Shown: piece after piece, positions 28,714-40,478 of the stretch
Numbering within the stretch: position 1 is the first letter of the stretch
Layout: every line of letters starts with the position of its first letter
Origin: Vicinamibacterales bacterium
GTDB taxonomy: Bacteria; Acidobacteriota; Vicinamibacteria; Vicinamibacterales; JAMQPK01
Direction of reading: 5' to 3'
Length of the DNA stretch: 64,000 bases
Assembly: GCA_963850725.1 (NCBI GenBank)
Contig: CAWKMQ010000022.1
Coordinates: 128,347-192,346 of the forward strand
Notes under the pieces: generated by a model
What the model was told of the DNA's origin: nothing
Database searches by the model: none
The model's input: the letters and a program-made list of their open reading frames with translations, nothing else
Translations under genes and position numbers: made by a program

Positions 28714-30997
28714 ACGACTCCTCCTTAAACCCGGCTTGATGGTGGTGCTCGTCCTGGCAGGACTGTGGGCGACCGGCCGCGCGCCGGTCGGCGCCTTCGG
28801 GCCCGCGCCGGAAACCACTGCCGAGCCGTCGCCGCAGTTGAAGGGACTTTCCGCCAGCGCAGGGCGGCGCATCACGACGGTGACCATCGAGACGACCGAT
28901 CCGGTGGCGTATCTCACGCAGCGGCCGGATCCGAAGACGCTGGTCGTCGATCTGCGCGACGTCGACGCCGCGCGGGCGGCCAGCGTGGTGCTCGGCGCCA
29001 AAGGCCTGGTGGCGGGCGCTTCGGTCGAAAAAGCGACGGGTGCCGACGGCGCGCGCGTGGCGCGCGTCCGGATCCATCTCACGCAGGCGGCGGCGCATCA
29101 GGTGCGGACCAAGCGCAACCTGATCTATGTCGACTTCGACAGCGCGTTCGCGGCCGACAGCCTCGGCAATGCGCGTGCCCGCCGGCGCTCCGCGCGTGGC
29201 GCCGACGCGCTACGCGACCATGCTCGAAAGCATGCGCGCCGAGCCGAAGCCAACGGGCGCGAGCATCACGCTCGTCGGCAACGGCGAGCTCGTGGCGGCG
29301 TCGGTGACGCCGATGAGCGATGGCACGCCGCGAATCGTGCTCGGACTTTCCGAACGTCAAGTCGACGGCGCCCGATGAAATCGCCGTCGGCCGCGGGCCG
29401 GTGTCCGTCGTGCACGTCGCCACGTCAGGCTCGACGTCGGTGCCGACGACGCGGGTGACGATCGACCTGATGCGACCCGCGACCTATCGAGTCATTCCGC
29501 CGGACGACTTCGGCCGGACCTACACGATCCTGCTCGAGGAAGAGGCCGCGGCCCTGGTGATGCCGCCGGCGCCGGCCGCGACGACGCCCGGCAGCAATAC
29601 CGTGGCCGCGCTCGATCCGATTAACGCGCTGCTGTCGCGCAGCGCGGCCGGTCCGGCACGGGGCACGGGCCCGCTGGCGCAGGCGCCGCAGGGGGCGACG
29701 CCGCAGTTGCCGGCGTCGGCTCCGGCTCAAGGCGCGCAGCCGCGCTTCACCGGCCATCCGGTGTCGCTGGAATTCGAAAGCGCGGATCTGCGGACGGTGC
29801 TTCGCACGTTCGCGAACATCAGCGGGCTGAACATCGTGATCGATCAGTCGGTGCAGGGCGCCGTCGACGTCTCGCTGCACGAAGTGCCGTGGGACCAGGC
29901 GCTCGACATCATCCTGCGCGATCACAAGCTGGGCTATTCGGTCGACGGGACGATCGTGCGCATCGCGCCGCTCGCCGTGCTGGCCGACGAGGAAGGGCAG
30001 CGCCGCAAGCTGGCCGAAGAGCGCGCGCTCGCGGGCGAGCTCGAGCTGCTGACCCGCCCGCTCAGCTACGCCAAGGCGGCCGAGCTGACGCCGCTTCTGA
30101 CGCGCACCGCGCTGTCGTCGCGCGGCGATATCCAGGTCGATCCGCGGACCAACACCATCATCATCCGCGACCTGGCCAGCCGGCTTCAGGGCGCGTCGGC
30201 GCTGATCGATTCGCTCGATCGGCCGCAGCCGCAGGTCGAAATCGAAGCGCGGATCATCCAGACCACGCGCGACTACGCGCGCAAGCTCGGCGTGCAGTGG
30301 GGGTTCAACGGCCGCGTGGCGCCCGACCTCGGCAACACGACGGGCCTGGCGTTTCCGAATCAGGGAGCGATTGGCGGACGGACCGGTGGAGTCGCAGGGC
30401 AGCCGGTGCGGATGCCGACGTCGACCGCCGTGGACCTCGGCGTGAACACGGCGAGCAGCGCCATCGGGCTGGCGCTGGGTTCGGTCAACGGCGCCTTCAA
30501 CCTCGACGTGGTGCTGACGGCGCTCGAGGAATCGGGCAACGGCCGCATCCTGTCGACGCCGCGCGTGGCGACGCAGAACAACGTGCCCGCGGAAATCACC
30601 CAGGGCGTGCAGATTCCGATTCAGACGGTGGCCAACAACACCGTCACCGTGTCGTTCCGCGACGCGGCGCTCAAGCTGAACGTGACGCCGCAGATCACCG
30701 CGGCGAACACCGTGATCATGAGCATCGTGCTCGAGAACTCGTCGCCCGACTTCAGCCGTGCGGTCACCGGCATTCCGCCCATCAACACGCAGCGCGCGGT
30801 GACCTCGCTGCTCGTCTCGGACGGACAGACGTCGGTGATCGGCGGCATCTACATCAATTCGCGCGATTCGTCGATCGATCGAGTACCCCGGGGTCTACAA
30901 GATTCCGCTTCTGGGCTGGCTGTTCCAGCGGCGCGAGCTGACCGACGAGACCCGCGAGCTGCTGATCTTCATCACGCCGCGCATCATCAAGGGCTAG
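28703..30997 (+). CDS. pilQ: Type IV pilus secretin PilQ with two AMIN domains, with 3 apparent frameshifts
   Basis: Assembled from ORFs 28703..29458, 29127..29378 and 29320..31341. Motifs are VSLEFESADLRTVLRTFANISGLNIVID, secretin_N repeats, LSTPRVATQNN, LNVTPQIT, and the terminal GVYKIPLLGWLF...LLIFITPRIIKG* in a third frame. Frame switches lie near 29170, near 29342 and at CCCCGGGG 30886-30893. Confidence 0.85.
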
Positions 30998-30999
30998 CC

Positions 31000-31661
31000 A
31001 TGGGCAAAGGGAGAAGAGTGGACATGCGCGCAGTTATTCGTTCGGGAATCGCAGGCGCGGCGGTGGCTGTCGCGCTGGCCGGTTCGATCTCGTGCGGCGA
31101 CGTGGCGCGAACGGGGAAGTCGCCCTCGATGATCGTCATCGATTCGCTGCAGGCCGCGTCGGGCGCCGATCCAGGCAGCCTGAGCGGATTTCTGCTGTCG
31201 GACGTCGTGACGCTGGTGGAACAGACCATCAACGGCGAGACCGTGCAGAGTGCCGACCATCTTCAACGACGTCGGGCAGGCGACGTTGCGGTTGATCCTG
31301 AAAGATCAGGGCGCCGGCCGGCGCGCTGCCGACGACCTTGAACGCCGTGACGTTGAACCGCTATCACATCAACTACCGCCGGGCGGATGGACGCAATACG
31401 CCCGGGGTGGATGTGCCATGGCCGGTCGACGGCGGGGTGACGGCGACGCTGACCGGCGGCACGGTGGTCGTCCCGTTCGAGATGGTCCGCCACCAGGCCA
31501 AGCTCGAAGCGCCGCTTCGCGCCATGGCCTTTGGCGGCGGCCGCATCTTCATCTCGACGATTGCCGAGGTCACGTTCTACGGAACGGATCTCGCCGGGAA
31601 CGAGGTGCAGGCGTTGGGCACCATCAGCGTGAGCTTCGGCGATTACGGAGACCCAGAATAG
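31000..31661 (+). CDS. Hypothetical lipoprotein downstream of pilQ, with 2 apparent frameshifts
   Basis: Signal peptide ending LAGSISC. The reading continues through ORFs 31250.. and 31338..31661 (VTLNRYHINYRRADG...VSFGDYGDPE). I recognise no family. Confidence 0.5.
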
Positions 31662-31663
31662 GA

Positions 31664-32668
31664 ATGGTCATGACCACACATCTCAAACACGCGCTCGTGC
31701 TCGCGCTGGCCGCTGGTCTGGCCGCGTGCACGGTGACCGATACCGTGGCGCCGCCGCTGGCAGGCCCGTCGGAGATGAGCCTGTCGCTGGCGATCACCGC
31801 GACCCCCGACGTCCTTTCACAGGACGGCCGGTCGGTATCGCGAATCAGAGTCTCGGCGCGGGACCCGAACAATCAGCCCGTGTCGAAGACACTCTATGTG
31901 GAAATCGAAGGCGGCGACTTCGGCACCCTGTCGACGCGTGAAGTCACCACCATCAACGGTGAAGCGGAGTTCACGTACACCGCGCCTCCCGCAGGCGACG
32001 GAACGGTTCAGGACGTCTCGATTCGAGTAAGGCCGAGGGAGACGGATTTCGCCTCGTCGTTGTCGCGGGTGGTGAACGATACGACTCAGGCCAGACGGAA
32101 CCATCAACACCGGCGGGCTGTCACCGGTGTTCGTCTTCCTTCCGACCCAGCCGGCAGCGCACCAGACCGTCAGGTTCGACGCCTCGTCTTCCACGGCCGG
32201 GAGAGGCGCGACCATCACGCGTTACGATTGGACGTTCGGCGATGGGACGTCCACGTCGAGCAGCAGCTCGGCGGTGACCCACGCATACTCGACACCGGGC
32301 TCCTATGCCGTGAGGTTGACGGTGACCGACTCGCAGGGCGCCTCGGCGACGTCGGCAAGCCAGGTCGTGGAGGTGGGCGCCGGCGTCGCTGCCGGTTGCG
32401 GCGTTCGTGTTCTCGCCGCTGGAACCCGTCGTCGGCGAGACGGTCTTCTTCAATGCCGCGCACGTCGACGGCCGGGCCCGGACATCAGATCGTGAGCTAC
32501 AGGTGGGATTGGGGTGATGGACAGCCTGCGCAGGGCGGGTCGACCCGGTCGCACGTCTTCGGCGGCAGCGCCTCACCGAAGACCGGGAACTTCGTCGTCG
32601 TGCTGACGGTCACGGACGAGGCCGGGCAGACGTCGACCCTCGCCCAGACCATGCCGGTATCTCCATAG
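31664..32668 (+). CDS. Lipoprotein with one Big/Ig-like domain and two PKD domains, with several apparent frameshifts
   Basis: Lipobox LAAGLAAC. A Big-like segment (TATPDVLSQDGRSVSRIRVSARD). PKD signatures are VRFDASSS...ITRYDWTFGDG...HAYSTPGSYAVRLTVTD (ORF 32127..32495) and VSYRWDWGDG...VVVLTVTDEAG. Confidence 0.65.
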   Translation: MVMTTHLKHALVLALAAGLAACTVTDTVAPPLAGPSEMSLSLAITATPDVLSQDGRSVSRIRVSARDPNNQPVSKTLYVEIEGGDFGTLSTREVTTINGEAEFTYTAPPAGDGTVQDVSIRVRPRETDFASSLSRVVNDTTQARRNHQHRRAVTGVRLPSDPAGSAPDRQVRRLVFHGRERRDHHALRLDVRRWDVHVEQQLGGDPRILDTGLLCREVDGDRLAGRLGDVGKPGRGGGRRRRCRLRRSCSRRWNPSSARRSSSMPRTSTAGPGHQIVSYRWDWGDGQPAQGGSTRSHVFGGSASPKTGNFVVVLTVTDEAGQTSTLAQTMPVSP

Positions 32669-32681
32669 GTTTCGAGTAGAC

Positions 32682-33416
32682 GTGCCAGACAATCCTCGCA
32701 TCGAGGAGCTTCGACGCCGGGTCCAGACGGACCCGGCGTCGATTGCTTTTGCACAGCTGGCGGAAGAGTACCGTCGAGTGGGCAGCTATCAGGAGGCGAT
32801 TGCTGCCTGCGACGCCGGGCTCAAAATCCATCCGGGATATCTGTCTGCGCGTGTGACGCTCGGTCGCGCGCTCATCGAAGTGGACGACCTGGATGCCGCC
32901 GAGGTGGAGCTGCGTCAGGTTCTGCAGATCGCGTCCGAAAATCTCGCCGCCATTCGAGGGCTGGCCGAGATCCACCATCGCCGCGGTCAATTGCCCGAAG
33001 CGCTGCAATTCTATAAATCAGCCCTGGTTCTGGCCAAGCACGATCCCGATCTCGAACAGACCGTCGACGAGATCTCCCGGGCGCTCACCACCGAACCAGC
33101 CCCTGTCGAAGATGATGGGATGTCGTTCGCCGAGGCGCAGGCCGAGTTTCTTGCGGCATTGGAAGGGTTCGAGGCGCTGGGCGCCGCCGAGCACGAAGAA
33201 TCGCTGGCCGAGCCTGAGGTGTCCGCTCCGGCCGAGCCCGAGTCGCCGGAGCTGGTCACGCTCGCGTCGGTCGAACCGGCCGAACTCGAGGAGCCGCTGG
33301 AACCGATCGAAGTCCCCGTGCTGGTGGGCGCCGGAGCGCCCGAAACTCCAGAGCTCTATCAACTCGAGCGCTTTCTCGACGCGATTCATACCTACCGCCA
33401 GCGCCGGGCGGTCTAG
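32682..33416 (+). CDS. Cytoplasmic TPR-repeat protein with an acidic C-terminal tail
   Basis: Intact ORF with about 3 TPR units (FAQLAEEYRRVGSYQEAIAACDAGLKIHPGY, ARVTLGRALIEVDDLDAAE, GLAEIHHRRGQLPEALQFYKSAL). It has no signal peptide. Confidence 0.7.
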   Translation: MPDNPRIEELRRRVQTDPASIAFAQLAEEYRRVGSYQEAIAACDAGLKIHPGYLSARVTLGRALIEVDDLDAAEVELRQVLQIASENLAAIRGLAEIHHRRGQLPEALQFYKSALVLAKHDPDLEQTVDEISRALTTEPAPVEDDGMSFAEAQAEFLAALEGFEALGAAEHEESLAEPEVSAPAEPESPELVTLASVEPAELEEPLEPIEVPVLVGAGAPETPELYQLERFLDAIHTYRQRRAV

Positions 33417-33425
33417 AATCTCCTC

Positions 33426-34640
33426 GTGCGCCTCGCTCCTCGCGAAACCCTGGCGGCCCGGCACGGCAAGCTTCGAGAAGCGGTCAACGCGGCCGATCTC
33501 GACAGCCTGGTCGTGACGCATCTGCCAAATGTGTTCTATCTCACGAACTTCCAGGGAACCGCCGGCGTTGCGGTGGTGACGCTGGAAAGGCTGTACTTGA
33601 TTCTCGATTTCCGGTACAGTGCGGCGGCGAGCGCGCTGTGGGACACCCCGCATGGGTGTCCGGACGCCGAGATCGTTCCCGTCGACCGGACGTATGACGA
33701 GACGCTGACGGTGCTCATCAAGAAGCTCCAGTTGCAACGGCTCGGCATCGAGGGCGCGTACGTGTCGGTCAACCGTGCGCACGACCTCGCGAAGAGCCTC
33801 GACGCCACGATCCAGGCCGGATCGGGCGTCATCTTCGAGGAGCGTGGACCGAACGCGGCGGCCCGTCCCGTTTCGGTCGTGGCAACCGACGGCGTCGTCG
33901 AACAGTTGCGCATCGTGAAGGATGCGCACGAGATCGCGATGCTGCGTCGTGGCGGCGAACTGCTTTCGACGGTGGCGGTCGACGTGCTCGGCGAAATCAA
34001 GGCCGGCATGAAAGAGCAGGAGTTTGCCGCGAGGATCGACTGGCGCATCAAGAACGCCGGCTTCGAGCGGTGCTCGTTCGAGACGATCGTGGCGAGCGGC
34101 CCGAATGCGGCGCAGCCACACGCCCATGCCAGCGAGCGTGTCATGAGGGACGGCGACCTGGTGGTGCTGGACTTTGGCGGCGTCTACGGCGGATACTGCG
34201 TCGACCTGACCCGGACAATCGCCCTGGGGCGGCCCGATGCCGAGATGACGCGGGTCTACGGAGCCGTGCTGGAGGCCCAGAAGGCCGCCATCGGGGTGAT
34301 ACGACCGGGGGTGCTGGCCGGAGACATCGACGCGGCGGCCCGGGGCACGCTGCACCGGCATAAACTGGCGGAGGCCTTCGGACACAGCACGGGCCACGGC
34401 CTGGGCGTCGAGATTCATGAGACGCCGCGGATAGGCCCTCGACGAGAGGCGACCGGAAACGCGCCGGCGCCGTCGGATGTTGCGATCGAGCCCGGGATGG
34501 TCTTCACCATCGAGCCGGGCGCCTATCTTCCCGGTTGGGGAGGCGTGCGGATCGAAGACGATGTGCTGGTGACGTCCGACGGGGTCGAGGTGCTGACAAA
34601 CGTTCCTACGGGTCTGAAGCAGGACTACACAAACGAATGG
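33426..34640 (+). CDS. M24-family Xaa-Pro aminopeptidase. The 3' end is uncertain.
   Basis: Metal-ligand motifs are present: LVVLDFGG, CVDLTRT, GHSTGHGLG, VFTIEPG and VRIEDD. The ORF runs into accB without an in-frame stop, so an indel near 34600 is likely. Confidence 0.8.
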
Positions 34641-35122
34641 AATTTGACGAGATCAATCGCATCCTGGATATCGTTCGCGAGCACGACCTCAGCGAGTTCG
34701 AGCTCGAGCGCGAAGGATTCAAGATACGCATCAAGAAAGGTTCGTCCATCCAGGGCACGGGAGGGTTTGCGCCGCCGATCGTGCAGCACGTCGTGGCGGC
34801 GCCCCCGCCGTCTGCCGCGGTTCCGGCGCCACCGCCGCTCGAAGCCGTACCCAGTTCACCGCCGCCGGCCTCCGACGAAGTCGATTTCGCCATCGTGAAA
34901 TCGCCCATCGTCGGCACGTTTTTCCGCTCATCCGAGCCGGGCAGCGCCCCGTTTGTCGATGTGGGCAACACGGTGAAAAAGGGTCAGGTTCTGTGCATCA
35001 TCGAAGCGATGAAGCTGATGAACGAGATCGAGTCGGAGTACGATGGGGAGATTGCGAAGGTCTACGTCGAGAACGGACAGCCCGTTCAGTACGGCGAGCG
35101 GCTCTTCGCCATCAAGGTGTGA
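34637..35122 (+). CDS. accB: Biotin carboxyl carrier protein of acetyl-CoA carboxylase
   Basis: Read from the internal Met of ORF 34535..35122. It has a Pro/Ala linker and the biotinylation motif CIIEAMKLMNEIE. Confidence 0.9.
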   Translation: MEFDEINRILDIVREHDLSEFELEREGFKIRIKKGSSIQGTGGFAPPIVQHVVAAPPPSAAVPAPPPLEAVPSSPPPASDEVDFAIVKSPIVGTFFRSSEPGSAPFVDVGNTVKKGQVLCIIEAMKLMNEIESEYDGEIAKVYVENGQPVQYGERLFAIKV

Positions 35123-35152
35123 GTGGGTCTCATTAGGGCCCCGCAGCCAAGC

Positions 35153-36526
35153 ATGTTCAAAAAAATCCTGATTGCGAACCGCGGTGAGATCGCCATGCGC
35201 GTCATCATCGCGTGCCGCGAGCTCGGCATCAAGACCGTGGCGGTGTATTCGGAAGCGGACGAGCACGCGCTGCACGTCCGGTTTGCCGACGAAGACGTGC
35301 GTATCGGGCCGGCGCGGAGCGCCGAGAGCTATCTGAACGTTCCGGCGATTATCAGCGCCGCGGAAATCACGGGTGCCGACGCCATTCATCCCGGTTACGG
35401 CTTCCTCTCCGAATCGGCGTACCTCGCGGAGGTCTGCGAGGCCTGCCATATTCGCTTCATCGGACCCGATCCCAAGGTGATTCGTCTGATGGGCGACAAG
35501 GCCCGCGCGCGCCGTGCCATGAAGAAGGCAGGCCTGCCGATGCTGCCCGGCACCGACGGTCCGGTCGAGAACGAAGAAGCGGCGCTGAAGTTTGCCACCG
35601 GGTGCGGCTTCCCGGTCATCGTGAAGGCGACGGCGGGCGGAGGCGGCCGCGGCATGCGCGTCGTGAGGAACCCGCAGGAGCTGGGCCACGCGATCAAGAC
35701 GGCACAACGCGAGGCGGAAGCGGCGTTCGGCGTCCCTGACGTGTACATCGAGAAGTATCTCGACAACCCGCGGCACATCGAGGTCCAGGTGCTGGGCGAC
35801 CACCACGGCGCGGTCGTGCACCTCGGCGAGCGTGAGTGCTCGATCCAGCGGCGGCATCAGAAGCTGCTCGAGGAATCGCCGTCGCCGGCGCTCACCGAGA
35901 AGCAGCGTCGCAAGCTCGGGAACCTGGTTGTCGACGCGGCCAAGGCCGTGCAGTACACCAACGCGGGAACCTTCGAGTTCCTCATGGACGACCAGGCCCG
36001 GTTCTACTTCATGGAGGCGAACACGCGCCTGCAGGTCGAGCACCCGGTCACCGAGTTCGTCACCGGTATCGACATCGTGAAGGAGCAGATTCGCATCGCG
36101 GCCGGCGAGCGGCTGTCGTTCAGGCAGGGCGAGATCACCTTCAACGGACACTCGATCGAGTGCCGCGTCAATGCCGAAGATCCGGAAACGTTCGTGCCGT
36201 CGCCCGGGTACATCAGCGTCTTCAGCATCGGCGGCGGGCCTGGCGTTCGCGTCGACTCGGCCGCGCACTCGGACTGCACGATTCCCCCGTACTACGACTC
36301 GATGATCGCGAAGGTCATTTCGTACGGCCGCGATCGGCACGAAGCGATCGTGCGCATGAAGCGGGCGCTCGAGATGGCGGTGGTCGAAGGCATCAAGACC
36401 ACCATTCCGATGCACCTGCGCATCCTCAACGACCCGGATTTCGTGGCCGGCAGGCTGAGCACGAAGTTCATGGAGCGTTTCGCGCCCGCTCCCGAGAAGG
36501 CCGCCACTCGCGCCGAGGCCGTCTGA
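35153..36526 (+). CDS. accC: Biotin carboxylase
   Basis: Intact ORF read from [14 protein letters not shown], with [20 protein letters not shown] and [15 protein letters not shown]. Confidence 0.92.
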   Translation: MFKKILIANRGEIAMRVIIACRELGIKTVAVYSEADEHALHVRFADEDVRIGPARSAESYLNVPAIISAAEITGADAIHPGYGFLSESAYLAEVCEACHIRFIGPDPKVIRLMGDKARARRAMKKAGLPMLPGTDGPVENEEAALKFATGCGFPVIVKATAGGGGRGMRVVRNPQELGHAIKTAQREAEAAFGVPDVYIEKYLDNPRHIEVQVLGDHHGAVVHLGERECSIQRRHQKLLEESPSPALTEKQRRKLGNLVVDAAKAVQYTNAGTFEFLMDDQARFYFMEANTRLQVEHPVTEFVTGIDIVKEQIRIAAGERLSFRQGEITFNGHSIECRVNAEDPETFVPSPGYISVFSIGGGPGVRVDSAAHSDCTIPPYYDSMIAKVISYGRDRHEAIVRMKRALEMAVVEGIKTTIPMHLRILNDPDFVAGRLSTKFMERFAPAPEKAATRAEAV

Positions 36527-37161
36527 TACGTGCTCCTCTCAACGCCATCATCGACGACGAGGTGACTCGCCGTGCGGGGTGGACCGTTAGTGCCCTGACC
36601 GACGCTTATCTGGCTGGCGGGGCGCGGTTCCTTCAGATTCGCTCCAAACAGGCGTCGAGCGCCGCATTTCTCGCGATGTGCGAGGACGTGGTGGCCCGCG
36701 CACGTCCGCACGACGCCACGGTCATCGTGAACGATCGCGCGGACATCGCCACGCTCGCCGGTGCCGATGGAGTACACGTCGGGCAGGAAGACCTCGATCC
36801 CGCGTCCGTGCGCCGGCTCGTCGCCCGCCCGGCGATCGTCGGCTTGTCCACGCACTCCGCCGATCAGGTGCGCGAGGGATTGGGCCTGCCGGTGGATTAC
36901 ATCGCGGTCGGTCCCGTGTTCGGGACGACGACCAAGGACACGGGGTATCGCGAAGTCGGGCTTCAACTGGTGAGAGACGCCGCCGCGATCGTGCGCGAGG
37001 CGGGTGCCGTCATGCCGATCGTCGCGATTGGCGGGATCACGCTGGAGCGGGCGGCCGACGTCATTCGTGCCGGGGCCGCGTCGGTCGCCGTCATTTCCGA
37101 TCTGCTTTCGACGGGAGATCCGGAAGAGCGCGTCCGCGAGTATCTGCGCGCGCTGGTATAG
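36523..37161 (+). CDS. thiE: Thiamine-phosphate synthase. The start codon is uncertain.
   Basis: This is the tail of ORF 35836..37161: [46 protein letters not shown] and IVAIGGI. Confidence 0.8.
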   Translation: MIRAPLNAIIDDEVTRRAGWTVSALTDAYLAGGARFLQIRSKQASSAAFLAMCEDVVARARPHDATVIVNDRADIATLAGADGVHVGQEDLDPASVRRLVARPAIVGLSTHSADQVREGLGLPVDYIAVGPVFGTTTKDTGYREVGLQLVRDAAAIVREAGAVMPIVAIGGITLERAADVIRAGAASVAVISDLLSTGDPEERVREYLRALV

Positions 37162-37184
37162 ACACGTAATCGGATTACCTCGCG

Positions 37185-37202
37185 ACAGGGCTAAAGCCCT
37201 GT
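37185..37202. repeat. REP-like hairpin element, family 2 (ACAGGGCTAAAGCCCTGT)
   Basis: A 7-bp stem with a 4-nt loop, located after thiE. A second copy is at 46708..46725 (ACAGGGCTTCAGCCCTGT). Confidence 0.75.
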
Positions 37203-37228
37203 GCCACCGAAAAGGTGCCCCGCCGGAC

Positions 37229-38218
37229 ATGAAAAACCGTCTACTGCCGACCCTGCTTCTGTTGACCGCGGTGATCCTCGGGGGAACGCTTGGCTATGTG
37301 GTCATCGAGCGGTGGCCCGTCTGGGACGCGTTCTACATGACGGTGACGACGGTCGCGACGGTGGGATACCGCGAGATCCACCCGCTGTCGACGGCCGGCC
37401 AGGCTTTTACGCTCCTCCTGATCTTCGTGGGAGTCGGCACGGCGCTGTATGCTTTCTCCGTTCTGGCGGCCGTGGTCGTGGAAGGCGGATGGCCGAAGTA
37501 CGTGGAACGATGGCGGTACATGCGCATGATCAAGAACCTGTCCGATCACTACGTCATCTGCGGGTACGGGCGCATCGGGTCGATCGTGGCCGCCGAGTTC
37601 ACCCGTCAGAAAATGCCGTTCGTCATCGTCGATCGCGATCCGGCACGCGTGCTCCAGGCCAACCAGCACGGCCATCTCGCGGTGGAAGGCGATGCGAGCC
37701 GCGAGGACACGTTGAAGCCGCTCGGCATCGAACGGGCGCGGGGACTGGTTGCGGCCGTGGGAACGGACGCCGAGAACGTGTATGCCGTGCTCACCGCCCG
37801 GGTGATGAAGAGCGATCTGTTCATCATCGCGCGCGCCGAGGGTGAGGAGTCGGTGTCGAAGCTGAAGAAGGCCGGCGCCGACCGCGTGATTTCGCCGTAC
37901 AGGATTGGCGCGGTGCAGATCGCGCAGACGGCGCTGCGGCCCGGCGTCGTCGACTTCGTTGAAATCGCGACGAGCTCCGACAACCTGGAGCTGTCGATCG
38001 AGGAAATCCGTGTCGAGGAGAAGTCGATCCTCGCCGGACGCCCGCTGGCCGAGGTCATTCAACGCGATAAGATGAACGTGGTCGTCGTGGGCATTCAGCA
38101 CACGCATGGACGCATGGAATTCAATCCCACGCGAGACACCGTGCTTCACGCCGGGGATCACCTCATCGTGCTCGGCAGTGCGTCGACGCTGAAAGACCTC
38201 AGCCAGGCGGCCAGATAA
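37229..38218 (+). CDS. 2-TM potassium-channel-like protein with RCK (TrkA-N/TrkA-C) domains and a non-canonical filter TVGYRE
   Basis: Read from the internal Met of ORF 37004..38218. The layout is TM1, pore helix (WDAFYMTVTTVATVGYRE), TM2, Rossmann motif ICGYGRIGS, then a TrkA-C-like tail. Confidence 0.8.
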   Translation: MKNRLLPTLLLLTAVILGGTLGYVVIERWPVWDAFYMTVTTVATVGYREIHPLSTAGQAFTLLLIFVGVGTALYAFSVLAAVVVEGGWPKYVERWRYMRMIKNLSDHYVICGYGRIGSIVAAEFTRQKMPFVIVDRDPARVLQANQHGHLAVEGDASREDTLKPLGIERARGLVAAVGTDAENVYAVLTARVMKSDLFIIARAEGEESVSKLKKAGADRVISPYRIGAVQIAQTALRPGVVDFVEIATSSDNLELSIEEIRVEEKSILAGRPLAEVIQRDKMNVVVVGIQHTHGRMEFNPTRDTVLHAGDHLIVLGSASTLKDLSQAAR

Positions 38219-38222
38219 ATCC

Positions 38223-39179
<957 letters not shown>

Positions 39180-39194
39180 CCGGACCGAATCCAC

Positions 39195-39801
39195 ATGTTG
39201 AAAGTGGCGCTGACCGGCGGTATCGCGACGGGCAAGAGCTATGTCGTCGCACGGCTGAAAGACCGCGGCATTCCCACCATCGATGCCGACGAAATCGTTC
39301 ACGACGCGCTCGGTCCCGGCACGTCCACCGCGAAGACGATCGCGGCCACGTTCGGGGGCGAGTTTCTGAGGCCTGATGGAAGCGTTCACCGCTCGCTGCT
39401 CGGGGCGAAGGTGTTCGGCGATCCCTCGATGCGGCGAAAAGCTCGAAGCGATTGTTCACCCCCTCGTCTGGGACACGATTCGCCGGTGGTTCGACGCGCT
39501 CGCGCAGCCCATGGGCGTCGCGTCGATCCCGCTGCTCTACGAGACGAACCACGAGAGAGACTTCGACTTCATCGTGGTGACGTTCTGTCCGCCGGAAATT
39601 CAGCTGCAGCGAATACTCGATCGGGATCGAATTTCAGAAGAGGAAGCGCTGCAGCGGATCGCGGCCCAGATGCCCGCGGACGAAAAAGCGCGGCGTGCGA
39701 ACTTCGTGATTCAGACAGGTGGCACGAAGCCGACGACCGATCGGCAGGTGGACGAGTTGATGAGCGCGCTCCGGCAGTTCGCGATACCCGGCTCTAACTA
39801 G
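39195..39801 (+). CDS. coaE: Dephospho-CoA kinase, with one apparent frameshift
   Basis: P-loop VALTGGIATGKS is in ORF 39195... The reading continues in ORF 39376..39801 (LEAIVHPLV, IPLLYE). The frame switch is near 39425. Confidence 0.82.
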
Positions 39802-39828
39802 GTTACCGGCTACCAAGCCGCTTCGCGG

Positions 39829-39854
39829 TGTCGAGAAAGGTTTGCCTCTCGACA
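39829..39854. terminator. Candidate bidirectional hairpin between convergent coaE and the 39927..40347 gene
   Basis: TGTCGAGA-aaggtttgcc-TCTCGACA, an 8-bp stem. There is no clear U-run. Confidence 0.3.
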
Positions 39855-39926
39855 GGCGAGGCGAAGTGCCGATTCCGGACGACGCAGATGCCGGGCAGAA
39901 AATCGATTTCGATATCGTCAGGATTG

Positions 39927-40347
39927 TCACGGACTCCTGTGCATCCGCTCCACGGAAAGAGTCATTTCCATTCCGGCCTGCCGCACCCACAGCGCGTCGG
40001 TCCGCAGCTCCAGCTCGCTGGGGATCGTCGGCTTGCCGCCGAATTGCTCGGACACGACTTTCCGGTGTTGTTTGAGGAACTGCTTCGCGAGCTCGCGTCG
40101 GAACACGGGGCCGAAGAGGACGCCCGCAAGACTCCGGCCAGGAGCGCGAGCGCCAGCTGCGAAACGGTGCGGGCGCCTCCGAAATACGCCCAGGTCGCGG
40201 AAAGAACGAGGCCAAGCCGCTACGCTGACGACCAGAACATGCTGACGAATCTGCTTTTGGAAAGCCGCGTCCTGTTGGCCAGCCGCCACGCCGTTTCGAC
40301 CGCATCGTCAATCGACGCATCGTATGCAAGGCGATAGAGCGCATCGG
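39927..40347 (-). CDS. Hypothetical membrane protein (two predicted TM helices), with about 2 apparent frameshifts
   Basis: Hand translation gives MNADALYRLAYDASIDDAVETAWRLANRTRLSKSRFVSMFW, then a hydrophobic segment (LGLVLSATWAYFGG...LALALLAGV), then ORF 39927..40289 (FRRELAKQFLKQHRKVVSEQFGGKPTIPSELELRTDALWVRQAG). I cannot assign a family confidently. Confidence 0.35.
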
Positions 40348-40408
40348 CATTCATACATGTTTTCGGCAGATCCGCTGTGACTCTTGACTGAGGCAGGATC
40401 GACGCCTC

Positions 40409-40478
40409 GACTCGGACTCCAGGACTCCAGACTCTTAGGACTCTTGGACTCCAAGACTCCTAGACTCCCAACTCCTCG
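40409..40478. repeat. Tandem roughly 8-nt array with core GACTCC (minus sense GGAGTC), about 8 units
   Basis: ACTC starts at 40410, 40416, 40424, 40431, 40440, 40448, 40456, 40464 and 40471. The array overlaps the last 6 codons and the stop of lapB. Confidence 0.85.
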
